Assembly: GCF_009914755.1 (NCBI RefSeq)
Contig: NC_060929.1
Reading direction: 5' to 3' (one strand)
Origin: the human T2T-CHM13v2.0 reference genome, Homo sapiens
Length of the DNA: 64,000 nt
Shown here: positions 43,462 through 57,587 of the stretch, piece after piece
How positions within the stretch are numbered: position 1 is the first letter of the stretch
Layout: every line of letters starts with the position of its first letter
The notes under the pieces: generated by a model
Told to the model about the DNA's origin: nothing
The model's database searches: none
The model's input: the letters and a program-made list of their open reading frames with translations, nothing else
Program-made: the position numbers and the translations under genes

Positions 43462-44689
43462 CAAACGTAACAGCTTTTAGGGTGTTTTTCAGAATGCTAA
43501 GCTGCAGTATTTGGGAAAAATAAGAGGTAGGACTTTCAAGAGTTTATTTTTAGAACATTAGCAAACAGTGAAGTGTTGTTGAGTTTGAAATTTGTATAAA
43601 ATTTCTTTTATTGATTTACTATACTGAAAATTCTGCTAATATGTCATTTCTTCTCAAGAAAATTTCCTGGCAATGCCCTTGCCTCTGGCAGAAGCTACCA
43701 TCCTCCAAGTCTGATCCTATCCATATCCTCTATTGGCACTTACTTCTCAGAAGTATAATTACTTTTAACATGTCATATCCATTATGAGACTGTGTGTTAT
43801 TGGAGAGGAAGTGAACATATCTTATTCATATATCTGTCTTCGTTGACTGAGCCTTAGGCTAGTTGCATTAAACGTACTTAATAGTTAATGAGTAAATGAA
43901 TGATTACCAATACAAGAAAAGCATTTGTCATCCCAACTATGAGTAACACTTATGCCAAATTATATCTAAGAGCTTCGTCTCATAGCATATTCTGTCTGAA
44001 TTTTTTTTTTTACTAAAAATGTATTTGGTTTGAGATAGAATTCTAGTAAGTCCCAGAAACCTTGAATGCTTATCAAAACTCCATGAAATCTTTAGAGATT
44101 TGCTTATCACCTAATTGATATGTCATACATCTAAAATCTTCTCCAATCTTTTATTTATTGCTTAATACATATAAAGATAGCAGTGTAAATCTCAAAAGCT
44201 GAATATATTATGGATTTCTGAAATACTTATTTCTAATTGCATGCTTTAATTTTGCCTTGTGGTTCACTTAAAAATTAACAAACACATCTTCAGAATATCT
44301 AGAAAGGCCCATAGCATTTAAATTCTTAATATTAACTATAAGAAACTGAAATTTTAGATAATATAATTTTAAGGTCTGTCAACTGATTATGTTAATTTTT
44401 TTCCCTAAAATGACTGGAATACATTCAGGTGTGAAAGAGTATTAATGTTTATAAAACTAAAAATCTAAGAATTTGAAACCAGGCTGTTAGTTTATGTAAA
44501 TTTATAGCTAAGGTTATATGAAAGGTCAGCCATGCATTAATGTGCCTTGGCAGATGTTCCTGGAAACTATGTGATTCTTCATCCCTGACGAAATTTTATT
44601 TATTATGAATTGTATTTATTATGACAGCCAAAGAAAGATTCTTGAGAAAATCAGAAACTGTAATAGAATAAGAATAGATAATATAATGA

Positions 44690-44890
44690 TGGCATTCCGG
44701 CACACTGGGATCCGCAGCCATATTGGCAGATCCTGGTTTTACCATAGAGTAGTTAAGTAGTTATTTGACTCTCTGGGACTCAGTATCTTTATGTGCAAAA
44801 CTAAGGCTCAGAATTTGCAAGATTGTTTTGAACATTGAATGATCGGAACATAGATAACCCTCAATAAATGTTGGGTGTTATTATTACTTT
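44690..44890 (+). mobile_element. MIR fragment
   Basis: AAGTAGTTATTTGACTCTCTGGGACTCAGTATCTTTATGTGCAAAA...CTCAATAAATGTT. Confidence 0.6.
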
Positions 44891-47442
44891 GCTGACTTGC
44901 TTTCTTTTTGCTTTTCTGTCTCTTCCACTTTGCCAGTTCTGCCTCCTATTTCCTTTTATTCTTATTTCATCTTTTTTTTTCTAATTCCTTGGGTTTGATG
45001 ATGAAACCATTATTCACAACCACACCCTTCCAAAACTAGAATTTGGGGCTAAATATTCACTCCAGATAAGATACAAAACTAAAAAAGAGACATAATCTTC
45101 TATTTCTTTGTCAATTCCCTAATCTTACAAGATCTCTCTCTCTCTCCCCCGTGACCAACCTTCATTTCCTCTCTCCCTCTCAACCTACTTTAATTGGGAA
45201 AAAAGGTAGATACACGAAAGGACAAAAATTATTTATGTAATGTACATTTATTTATTCATTCCACAGTGTACAGTATACATATTTCAAAACATGTTGCACA
45301 TAATACATATATAATTTTTATTTTTAATTAAAATAGAATAGTAAAAATATGCAGATACAACTAAAAATAAACTAATGAAAATTTCAAAAAATATACCATG
45401 CATATCAGAAAATGAACTGAAAACTTTTTCAATCTTTTGATTAAAAGATGTGTTGAAAGAAAACTTCGAGGAGCTTCAGATTTGTCTTCAACTTTTAACA
45501 TATTTATATTACAAGAGAAAATGGCCACGCCAATGCCAAAAAAGAAGATAGGCTCAATTAAAAATAAATGAATTCATAGATTGAAGGTTCTGGCAATGAA
45601 GAAAGCCTTGATTTGGGGGAAGTGGCATCACCAATCAGAATTTTAACCTTGGCATTTTAGCTCTTCTCAGTCCAGTCTTTAAGTGCTTCTAGAGTGCTTC
45701 ATTATCCAAATCATGGTCATGCCTGATGCAGAGAGCAATTTATTCTCAGTCTGTTTTTCTCTGTGCTTCTGCTACAGGGCTGGCTGGACCAGAGAGGTGT
45801 TTCTAAACTGTGTCTTTCTTCTCTTTTCTGTATCACAGAAATTGTGTTGGCAGCCTCTAAAAGTCATGAGAAGCCAATCAAAACCTCATGGGGTGGGGTA
45901 ATGATAATGTTACAGAATCACTATGTCAACTGAATTTGAAACATTTTATTAGGCTTTTGGGATGCTTGTTGTCAGTAAACTTCAGTCAGATGAGAACACT
46001 AATTTTTACTGATCTTCTCTAATCGGAATTACATCTTGGAAAAATGCTTTGCTAATCTTCATTATTTGAAGGGATACTATAAAACTTTCCATTGACATAA
46101 AACCTTGATTTCCTGTATTCATTGTAACCTAGTTGGTGGATGAGAGTCTACTTATCGTTTGACATTTTGGAGAAAAAATTTTGTTGTCTAACCATCTCAT
46201 TACTAGGAAAGTGGGAAAGATGAAAACTTAAGCTGTGATAAACAAATATTGCTAAATGATACACTTTTATAAACATTTGTTAAGAGAATTACAGGTGGTG
46301 GGGGAAGACAGTGAATACCTTAAAGAGAGAATGTAGAGAGCCTTTCAAATGTTGACTTTGTGAAAGTCAGCAATCTGAGAAACACCAGACACTTTAACCT
46401 GCTCTGTTATTTTTAACCACTTTTAGGACACTATAATTGTTCATGTGACAAAATATACAAAGTGGAAAAATAAAAAACACCCTTGACCTTCCAAACTTTT
46501 CATTGTGTATTTGAGGTACAAAGGTCACCTGCAGTTTCTTTAGGCTTACAGGTAATTCTTGAAAAATTTAAAAGGTATCAGTGTTGAACATATGTAAGAG
46601 TTCATTTTTTTAATTGAATTTACTGTGGTACAGTAAAACTTTTATTCCTCCAGAATCCTGAAAGAAAGCTGAAGTCCTCATAGCAAAGACTTTTAGAGGT
46701 AAACATTTGGGCTTCTGAGGTGAATACAATCGTAATCCAAAACTGTATATTTATAGGGGGAAGAGGATGAAAAGGTTGAGTATCTGTATTATGTATTTAT
46801 GACCATGTTTTATCCTGACCTCATTTCTGTGAGGTACTTGAGAACAGAGAAATGGGGTAGGTAATTTATCGAAGATAATAAGCCTAAGAAACTATGAGAC
46901 AGAATCTGAGAAGACTGGAAAGTGAATAAGGGGGCTGTGCAAGAGAAGTTCAGCAAGGTCATTCAAAGCCATGAGTGTTCTCATCAGAGAGAGTAATGCA
47001 GAAGTCCCCAAACAGAAAGATTGTCCTTAATAAGTCAGTCTGCATTTTCAGGTCTTCGAGGCAAAGCATTTTCTCTATATATGCTTTGGAATTTGTCATC
47101 AAAATGTTTTGAAAGTAAAAATAAGATTATTTTTCTTGCGAGGGGCCATAGCAGTAAGACATTTTTATTGTGTTCCAATGGACATGAGGCACAGGAAGTC
47201 CAATGCCCTCCAAGCACTGGCATCATAGCCCCTGCCCAACTGTATCACACCATGCTAGGTAGGGACCACCAATTAGAACTCTCCCACTTCCAGGGTGGCT
47301 GAGATAAGCACTCCATTTTGGCCTGCTTTCCCCGTGTTCCCAGCCTCGACTGGTCTCCAGCCTTAGGAGAACCTGTTCAACTTCAGCCCTTGGCAGTTCC
47401 ACAGAGTTGTCCCCAACCTACAGCACCAGAACCCGTACTCAC

Positions 47443-47514
47443 AACCAGTCTCCACCTCTGCTCCAGAGTCTGTGGGCAGCACTTCCAGTGGAGAAGCCAT
47501 GGGGTGCCCAGTCA
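47443..47514 (-). other. Candidate 72-nt internal exon (unverified)
   Basis: Minus strand reads ctatttcttcacctccttcag|TGACTGGG...GACTGGTT|gtgagt and is open in two frames. Confidence 0.35.
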
Positions 47515-48220
47515 CTGAAGGAGGTGAAGAAATAGATTTATGTATTGCCGAGTATAGATGGCAACTAGTTCATTCTTTCATCCAACAAACAGCAGTTCTT
47601 CGTCTTTTTCAGTAGCTCTATAATTTTTAGCAAATATTGTTTCCAGTGGGGCTTTCCCTTGTGTCCAACCAAATTCTGTTTCGTGAAAACTCATTGCAAA
47701 ATTCTTATTATCTATACTTTATGAAAACTGGGAACACTTGCTTAGTGAGTTTTTCCAACCCTTTCATAGACAATGCATACGGAAGATAATTCAATTGTTC
47801 TTTAGTTATTATGCATCTGTAACCAGTCTTAAAATTCTACTACTTTAAATTTTACTCAATGAAGATTTTTAAACATCCAGTAATTCACATTATTTTCTCC
47901 TTTCCAATAGTATAAATTTAATAATTTATATATTGATTTAAGTGTTCAAATAGCCTTATATAATTATTATTTAATATATTTATAATATATATTTATATTA
48001 ATATTTATAACTCCAAATACTTCACCCTCATTTTGCTGGAAATCATAAGTAATTCCACTTTTTAAAATTTATCTTCTTTAATCTTAAAATGGTACTACCA
48101 TTTATTTTACTCTGCAGAAAGTCAATCAGTTCTGGAAAGGCCATTCTCTAAAGTCTACTGCTCTGTGGTAGCAGTGCTGCGTAGGTACTACAAATGTTGT
48201 CGTTCTGTTCAGTTTGATCA

Positions 48221-48931
48221 TGTTATTAATAGTAGTGGCAAATCCACATGGGTCTGCAGCAACCTCAATTCTTGACTCCTCAGAAGAAAGAGTTTGACTG
48301 AGGGGCCTAAGACTGAGTGAGAGACTGAGGCAAGTTTTAGAGCAGGAGGGAAAGTTTATTAAAAAGCTTTAGAGTGGGAAATAAAAGGAAGTAAAGTATG
48401 CTTGAAAGAGGGCCAATCAGATGACTTGAGAGATCAAGTACGAGGGTACGAGGTTTGATTCTTGACTTGGAGGTTTTATATGTTGGATTCTTCCAGGGTC
48501 TGTGTTTAGTCCTCCCCTGATTCTTCCCTTGGGGTGGGCTCTTCACATGCACAGTGGCCTGCCAGCACTTGGAAGGGGCCACATGTGCAGTGTGTTTACT
48601 GGAGGTGTATGCATGCTCACTTGAGGCATTCTTGCCTTACCAGTCAAATGTCTCTAGAAGGTCATATCCCACTTAAACTCCACAATTTTTCCTCTAAGGG
48701 CCCACGCTTGAGCCCACTTGCCCAGCTTCTGAGATCTTATCAGGAAGCTGTGATCACCAGTTTCAGGTGTTTTTATCCATTGCCTTTCCTTGGTGCTGAC
48801 TGCCACCAATTATTATTTAGAGACACAATTAACAACCGCCTGACCATCACCTGATGGTCACCTAAAGTTCCTGGTGGTGGGGAGGGCCGTCTCCTGCCCT
48901 GCACATGTCTGCCTGACTACTTACTCTAATA
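48221..48931 (-). mobile_element. MER50-like ERV1 solo LTR
   Basis: Minus strand starts TATTAGAGTAAGTAGTCAGGCAGACATG; the other end has GGTCTGCAGCAACCTCAATTCTTG; 4-bp TSD ATCA/ATCA. Confidence 0.85.
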
Positions 48932-49364
48932 ATCACACTGGGGATATTAATTTTCTATTGCCACTTAGAAAATTGCCACACACTTAGGGGCTTAAAAGGA
49001 CCCACTTTTTTTATCTCACAGTTTCTGTGGTCTGAGTTCTGGCATAGGTTAGCTGAGTACTGTGCTCAGAGTCACAGAGGCTGCTGCAATCAACATTTCA
49101 ACCAGGTTTTGTTCTTATCTGGAGGCATGACCAGGGAAAAAATCTGTTTTCAAACTCATTTAGGTTATTGGCAAAGCTTATTTCTTATGGCTGAATGACT
49201 TAGGGTTCTAGCTTCTTGCTGACTATAGGCTATAGGCCTCCTCAGGTCCTAGAAGCTATGTGGAGTTCCCTGCCATGAAGTTTTCTCCACAGGCAGTTCC
49301 CAACACATGTGCTTGCTTCTTTAAAACCATCTAGGGAATCTCTCCCTGTAATCTTTTAAAACTG

Positions 49365-49935
<571 letters not shown>

Positions 49936-50215
49936 CTTATGTAACAAATATGCATCGTTTTTTATTTTTATTTTTGCCACATTCTATTGTCGTGAAGCCA
50001 GTCACAGGTTTCTCCTGCTCTCTAGGTTAAGGGATCACACAAGGGTGACTCAATGAGAGGTCACCTTAATAATGTCTAACATGAGGGACTAATGAGCATC
50101 TCCCAAGCTCATGGTTAAGTGTCATAGTGCAAGCACCTGAAGACTAAGCATATATCATTTAATGTATTCACCTATATTTCTTGTGAGATTGTTTTGTATG
50201 AAAGTATGCCTCTCT

Positions 50216-50375
50216 AGCTGAGCACAGCGGCACGTGCCTATAGTCCCAGCTACTTAGGAGGCTGAGGCAGGAGGATCGCTTGAGCCCAGGATTTCAAGAC
50301 TATAGTGAGGTATGATCATGCCACTGCACTCCAGTCTGAGCAACAGTACAAGACCCTCTCTCTAAAAATAAAAAT
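50216..50375 (+). mobile_element. FRAM/AluJ-type monomer
   Basis: Single right-arm monomer with GGAGGATCGCTTGAGCCCAGG and an A tail. Confidence 0.85.
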
Positions 50376-50446
50376 ATATATATATGCAACTTAAAATGGC
50401 TCAAAGGACTTTTTAAAGGACTTTTGTTCTCAATAATATATTTTAG

Positions 50447-50752
50447 CACCGGACGTGGTGTCTCTTGCCTGTAATCCCAGCAATTTGGGAGGCCAAGGCG
50501 GGCAGATCATTTGAGCCCAAAAGTTTGAGACAAGACTGGCAACATGGTGAAACCCCTTCTCTACAAAAAATACAAAAACTAGGCAGGCATGGTGGTGCAC
50601 ACCTGTAGCCTTAGCTACTCAGGAGGCTGAGGTGAGAGGATGGCTTGAGCCTGGGAGGTGGAGGTTGCAGTGAGCCAAGATCATGCCACTGCCCTCCAGC
50701 CTGGGTGATAGAGCGAGATGCTGTCTCAAAAAAAAAATATATATATATATAG
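50447..50752 (+). mobile_element. AluJb-like element with A/(TA)n tail
   Basis: Dimer with GAGAGGATGGCTTGAGCCTGGGAGGTGGAGGTTGCAG. Confidence 0.9.
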
Positions 50753-50949
50753 CTATTTAAAAACAAATACCTCCTATTTACTGCATTTGTGAGACAAACA
50801 TTCCACTTGGTTTACCATTCTATTTTCCCTTTTCTTCTACTTATTTTTGTTTTGTTTTATTTTGTTATGAAAAAGTAAATAAACATACTTTGCTCTATTT
50901 TGCATTTATTTATATCCTGATTTTTTTTTCTTTGACAAAACAAATTTTT

Positions 50950-53500
50950 GATCTTCAGTAATGGTTTCATCAACAATCTTTCTATCTGTGTTTTCTTACA
51001 AAAAGGGAGAGTGAGTGCTAGCTCTAGTGCTAGCAACTACAGCATTCAGAATAACAAAGATAGGCATTGAAAGGCAAGCCTGGATTGACATCAGCAGCAA
51101 AAACAAAGCATTATTTATGAGGCTTGCCTGGCTACAATTTTCCAATGGTAATTTCTATTCCCTGACTCATTCCTCTTTTAGCATACACATTTAATGAAAA
51201 CATTATGGAACAAAACCCAAAAGCAATCTGATGCCAAAGGACACTTAAGTGTTGCTTCGCATGATGAAAAATGTTGTAAGGACAAATCACTGTGACTGGG
51301 ATATTAATGGGACAAGCCATGGCTTCCGAGTGGCTGTGGTATAGAATTTGGTACACCAGGTAAACAAAGCAACAGCTTTTGTCTTTGCACAACATACAAA
51401 GTCACACCCTTATCTAATTGCCTGGATAAACCTTCCCACTTTTTCCATAAGGCTGTAGTGTTTGTTCACAGAAGCAGTTTCCCTGTGGAAATTATCATGA
51501 TGGACCAGACAGCTGAGGTAATAATGTAACCAGAGTTACTGAACATGTCACTGCTTGCATTAGCAAGAAGATTATATAGTTAATCAATCCACAAATAGTT
51601 CCTGAGTTCTTATTAAATGCAAGACACACAGTGGCAAACCAGCCTATAATCAAATGAGATAATGCTAATGATAGCACGTTGTTAACTGTAAATCCCCATT
51701 GAAATATGAGTTATGATTATTTAAAATGTTCCTGTGTAGCCTTCCCTCCAAGTAGTAAGACAGTGCTTTTACCTATTCTGTTGGGAATGACCCAGAGTCT
51801 TCTGGATGGAAGCACATTATGATTAAAACCAAGTGTACTGGGAACAGGGTCAAAAAGTTGACGGAAAGCAAGTCATATTCTTATGAAGGTGCCCTCGAGA
51901 TTCCATTACATTCATGACACAATTAGCAAATCTTTGCTCCCTGTGGAGAAAATGGACCGATGTGGGGAAAGAACAAATGCATTTGTAGATGCCCCATCTT
52001 TCAGGCAAATTTAATTTATTAAACAGTGTTGTAAATTAATGGTGTTTTTCTCCTATGCAAAGTGCAATATGCCTTAAGACCACCATGTTATCATGGCATT
52101 TACCTTTGATTATAAATGTATAGCATGGCATAACATTGGTACATTTTATACGTAGAGACATTGAGAAATGGCTTTTACACATTTCACTGCTTATGAAAAG
52201 GAACTTATACTTTAGGCTTACGCCGACTTCCCTGACTTGAGCTCTAGGCTTTTTTCTTATTTTCTATTTCTTTATCATTTACTGAGCAGCTTCTGTTATT
52301 TTTCATTTCTCTTCCACAAATAGAGCCTAAACTCAAGGCAGCATTCCTAAAAGAGAGCGCTAATCCCAGTTACTTATTAAGTGGGCTTTGAACACTGACA
52401 ATTCAATGGTATCTCTTTGACTTGTCAGGTTTGCTGTTGCCTTCAGCTGGAGGGGGTATACAGAGAACCTCTTTTTCTCCTCTTTTTCTTTGTTTATTTT
52501 TGCTTCACAATCAGCAGCAGTAATATCAGAACATAGACATCCAACAACTTCCAACCCAGATTGCTCTGGCGTGGCCTTCATATAGTTAAGTGAAGGAGGG
52601 TGAGACTTTGTAAACCATTATATCCTTCCAATCTGCACATTGCCATTTTGATGCTAATGTAGTATTCTTAAAGAATATTCCCCAAACTGCAAGCTGCTAA
52701 ACAGATGCATTCTCCTGACATTCTCATTCAATTTATAGGAATTTTCAAATTTAAAGGCACATGAAACAGTCTTCTTGCAGTGAAGGCTCTTGCTTCTATG
52801 CTCTCCAGTGAGAATTGCATACATTTAATGCCTTGATATTAAATTTAATTTTCACCTGCTTTATAATGTTTCTAATCTAATAATCAAGACACCATTATAT
52901 TTAGCACTTTATTTAGCACTTTATTTTTTAAAATGTAGAGGCCTGAAGCCTAATTAAAATCCTGTGAATTTCAAAGGAACCTAGGGTATTCTAGCCCAAT
53001 GCAGATAAGGACTGAGATCAAACTCTTTAAAACAGGCTTGAAAAACTCAGCAATCCACCTGTCCAGCGTTCATTTGGCCAACATTTTACAGCAAGCCCAT
53101 AAAATCCAAAGTAGTTTTGGCTTGAGATAGTCTGTTATAACATGAATAAATCCACAGTGATTTGGCATTTATGTCAGAGCATCCTGCTATTGTTTGGAAA
53201 GTTCTCAATCAAGAGAGGTGGATGCTAGATGCTACAGGAAGAAAGCCACCAGGCAAGAAAACCTCAATGAATAGACAAAATAACTAAACTTCAAAAGAAA
53301 TGAACTTTTCCTGGGTCACTCTGTTTAAAAATAAAAATGCAGCTTTGTGGTTTATTTTGCAGAGTTCCTCGACAATATTGTGAAAGAATATATACCATCT
53401 TTAATCAGAACAACAGTGCTAATGTGGGTGAGTGAGATGATGACAGCAGGGAAGGCATTTTTTGCTTTAAATTGGTTTATATTAGGCTGAACTGTGGATG
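50950..53500. promoter_or_regulatory. Repeat-free block, candidate enhancer or conserved non-coding region
   Basis: No repeat recognisable by eye for about 2.5 kb; AP-1, CRE-like, FOX, SOX and GATA motifs cluster at 51080-51600. Confidence 0.35.
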
Positions 53501-54779
53501 GCAAAATATAATAAAATTAAAAAGAAAAAAAAGAAAGCATGTCTTTTAAAAAGATGCCAGGTTTCCTAATCTAATCATTGTATTATTGGTATATTTTGGG
53601 GGACATAGGGTGAATTATAAAAAGATCCACTACTGATAGTGAAAATTATCAGTTTGTAAAACATTAAGAGAAAAATAGAATATTTTATACATGTGGTAAG
53701 TAGAGAACAGGGTAACTTTGAAGGAAAGTGTAAGGCAAATTTTAAGCACAACAAGATACATCAGATCTGAGAGGTGCCATGCTAAACAATGTCCATTAAA
53801 CTGTAAAACTGGATTATGAAGTATTTGCATTCAGGGTGTCCTGAATATGATTGATTCTGTACTGGATTATGTTCTAACTTTCTTACTATTTAAGGATTGG
53901 TTCTAAATCTTTAGAATATAAAAGATTAAAAATAGTGAGAGGGAGCTATCACACACGTACTATTAAAAGCTGTATTTGGAATATGTGTGCCAATATCAGT
54001 TTTCTTTTTGTAATACTGAATGACAGTGGAATAATCATCAACGAATCCCTAAAGTTTACATCATTTAAGGAAATGGGGAAACAAAATTCCAGATAAATAA
54101 CAAGACTGAATGGCTAGATTTAAAATAGTGGTTTTAGAAAATAGGATATCACAAGTTACAGTTTTTCAAATGGATTTTTTTTAAGATAAAGAAATTTACA
54201 AAAACAGGATAAACAATATAATGGAGAGTAGGAGAAATAGTGATGGGTCTATTTTACAGTAAAGTTTATACAGAATGACATTTTGCAGAAAATAACAGAA
54301 GCACCATTTTAAAAAATATATGATATCATTAAGAGCCATGAAGTTAAATGATGAAAGTAAGTGATATACTTTGAAAGATTTTTGAATCCAGAAAATTCTA
54401 AATAGAGAATGAGCCTTCTCTAGGTTTTGATTTTTTTTCTTCAGATTATTTCCAACAAAGTTGGGCTATAAACTAACAGAACATCTATCTACAGGAATTT
54501 TAATAGGAAAGAATTAGAATTTTAGACTGATTGTTGATCCTTTAAGTATGCTTCTAAGAAAATTCAATCGAGTTTCATGGGTTTTTCTAAATGGGAAGGA
54601 GAACAGTATTGATTTAGGATGACTTTCTTTCATTTAGGATTAGAAGAGTTAAATATCTTTAAAAAGCATTTTAAAAATTATTTTGATATATATGATTTTT
54701 AATTGCTTTCATATTTTCCAAATACCATGTTAAGATTTTAATGAAATTTTAAAAAAGGAAAAAAAAAACTAATGTAAGA

Positions 54780-55184
54780 GGAGCATAAACAAAGCCATTC
54801 TTCTTTCCCTCAGTTAAAAGTCAAATATGCAGTTTTAGGGCTTACAGATTGCACCACAGTGTCAGGGACTCAGGCACCCTATTGTTCCATGGTATGACCT
54901 TAACCTCAGTTCACAAATGACAGCATCTCTATTTCAAGCAACAGGGTAGAAGGGCAGAAAAAGCAAGAATATTGGTGTATGCTTGCTGTTTTTTGAGAAT
55001 GGTTTCTGTAAGTCATTGCTTAATAGGTTGCTTTCCTTATAACTCATTGTCTAGACCATAGTATGTAGGCATGTTGAGCTCCAAGGGGTTTGGAGGACTG
55101 TGGTCTTCAAGATAACAATTAAGGTATTCTATTCGCATGAAAAAGGAAGGATTAGATAATGAAAGAGGAGCAGTATCTGTCATA
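54780..55184 (-). mobile_element. Old MLT1 (J/K-like) LTR relic
   Basis: GTCAGGGACTCAGGC, CTTATAACTCATTGTCTAGACCATAGT, ...CAGTATCTGTCATA. Confidence 0.55.
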
Positions 55185-55265
55185 GCTGAAAATAGACAGA
55201 AAGATAGTTAAAGAGTGAGACTTGAATAAGGGTTTCTGTCTACTGAAATGTTATCAAATGCTCAT

Positions 55266-55366
55266 AAAAATTTTAAATATACTTTTAAATAGAACATCTG
55301 AAAAATTTTAAATATACCTTTAAACAGAATGTCTGAAAAATTTTAAATATACTTTAAAATAGAACA
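55266..55366. repeat. 35-bp tandem repeat, about 2.9 copies
   Basis: Unit AAAAATTTTAAATATACTTTTAAATAGAACATCTG at 55266, 55301 and 55336. Confidence 0.93.
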
Positions 55367-56439
55367 ATTAAATATAATACTTTGTATCCTTGCTGTGAGA
55401 GTAAAACTGTGCCATTTAAAATTGAGTCACTACTGTTAAAATAGTCACCACTGTTAAAATAGAGTTAAAATATTTCAATCAAATATTTATATTTCAAATA
55501 ATTTTGACGATAATAGTATAGCTTTGGCAAGGAGTTGAGTACAACCAGTGATTTAAAAAAATCACAAGATTATATTGTTGAAAATTTTAAAATGCTAAAT
55601 CAATAAAAGAAATTTTAAAAGTTAGATTTAAAAAGTCTTGAATAGATTTGTTTCTTGAAGACAAATACATGTTTTTACTCACTGATATTTGCATGAAATC
55701 TAGTATATAGGAGAGAGTCAAACATCTTTTTTATCTTGAATTTAAAATAATTCTAATTTAAGTATAGTCTCACATTCAGCATAATCTTTTCTTTTACATT
55801 TTCGATGATGAATTTTAAATAACCACCTGACAACTAATATACTGTTATATACTTCTTTTAAGTCATAGTACATAAATACGTATTTAAACACACATATTTA
55901 AATTTGAAAGGTCAGTATGTGCGTGGAGTCAAAAATGTGGTAAAGATAATTGTTACATATTGTTTATATTTAAGAGTTGGTGGCTCATGGGCAGAAGAAT
56001 TAATTTTGAATGTACTAACTTTTGTGCATGTAAATTTACAGACTTCAGCATATTTTGATTATTGAATAAAGCTTTATGCCCTTTGGAACTTAATTATCTG
56101 AATGACAGGTTTTTCTCACATACATTATGTCATCTCATCATATTTTCAAACTTCATAAGTTAGTTCCTTTAAATAATCAGGCAATTTTTTTTTAAATGGC
56201 AAGCCAGTTACATTGCTAACCACTTGTTCAATTTAAAAGGTTGTTGGAGAGATGTTATTAAAATTCTGGGATAATCCTGCATTAACGCTGATTTTGACAG
56301 CTTTTTAGTAACATGATGTTATCGTAAAATTAATATAAATCACATTCCAATGTTATTAAAAGAATAAGTCTTAAGCTTACCTCTTAAGATACATTTATAT
56401 TAATTGTTCAAGTATCAATAAGACACACAGCTGAGCTCA

Positions 56440-57480
56440 GAAATGATATAATTGTGATATAAGTGCCATGCCACATTTGTTTATCCAGTGATGGATTCAT
56501 GCCTCAATTTTTAAGTTTCTCTTCATTCCTCTTACCATTTGGTGACTTGCGCATGGACTGGTGATGCGCCATGTCTAAATAATTACATTACTGCATCCTT
56601 TCAGTTCACAGGCTAAATAATGCCCTTTGCCCCTTTGTCATTTCCCATCTGTCTTTATTGCCCTTCTTGCCCTGATTATATTTCTTGATCCATAATAATC
56701 ACACTCTTACAAATATCTTCTGCTATCCACTTTTTTCATGCATGGACCCATAAACTTAATAATTCTGGTAAAAACAAACCAATCTAAAACTAAACAAAAC
56801 CCCACAACTGGGGAGATCGATTTCACTAGAAATGCGTAATCACCTCCTAAGTATTGGTAATATTATCTTCTATCTTCTTCCATACCACCAACACAAAGTC
56901 TCTTTCCTAAACCTCTAGAATAGTCTACAACCTTTGCTATTGCCCACTCCATTATCTAACCTTTACCAACTTTCACAGTCATCTTTGTAAAATGTACATC
57001 CTTTTCCATTACTCCCAGGCTTATAAACCTTTTAATGGCTGTCAGTTGCCCTTAAGTAGTATACTTATTCCTTAAGGAAGCTTATAATACTCAGTATTAT
57101 GCAACCTTTGTCCGCCACTCATCCTGTCTGTTTCTCCATCATTCTTAAACAATTATATTATTTCACTTCCTCAAACACAACAACCATTTTCTCATCTTGG
57201 GAAATAATTCATATCTGCAGTTAGGCTGCCTGAAAGTGTTTTCTCATTTTCTTCCCTCATCTTCAAATCTAAAGTAGATTTTTTATTATTACCTCTCAAA
57301 ACACCTTGTTCTTTTCTTCTATTTAGTTACTATGTGTAACTACATGTTTCTGTTTTTACTTACTCTTTGCTTCTCCCACCAGATTCTGGGCTCTACGTAG
57401 CAGAGAACACCACCATATGTCCAAGCATAGGACAATTACCTAGAGCATAGAAATTGGTTAAGTGCATGGATAAATGAAGT
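56440..57480 (+). mobile_element. Degraded L2 fragments
   Basis: GATCCATAATAATCACACTCTTACAAAT, AAACCTTTTAATGGCT, TTCCTCAAACAC, and a 3' tail near 57470. Confidence 0.55.
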
Positions 57481-57587
57481 ATGCTATTAGTGGGCAAATA
57501 AAGTAATTGGAGAGTATTATATTTTAAATACCAGTGCATAAGCCAATAAATAATCCATTAGCTTTTTTTAAATCACCAATTAACATG

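Noticed and set aside
52360-52581. 73-aa minus-strand ORF in the unique block
   Set aside because: No recognisable domain or flanking splice signals; its KEKEEKK part comes from a T/C-rich tract.
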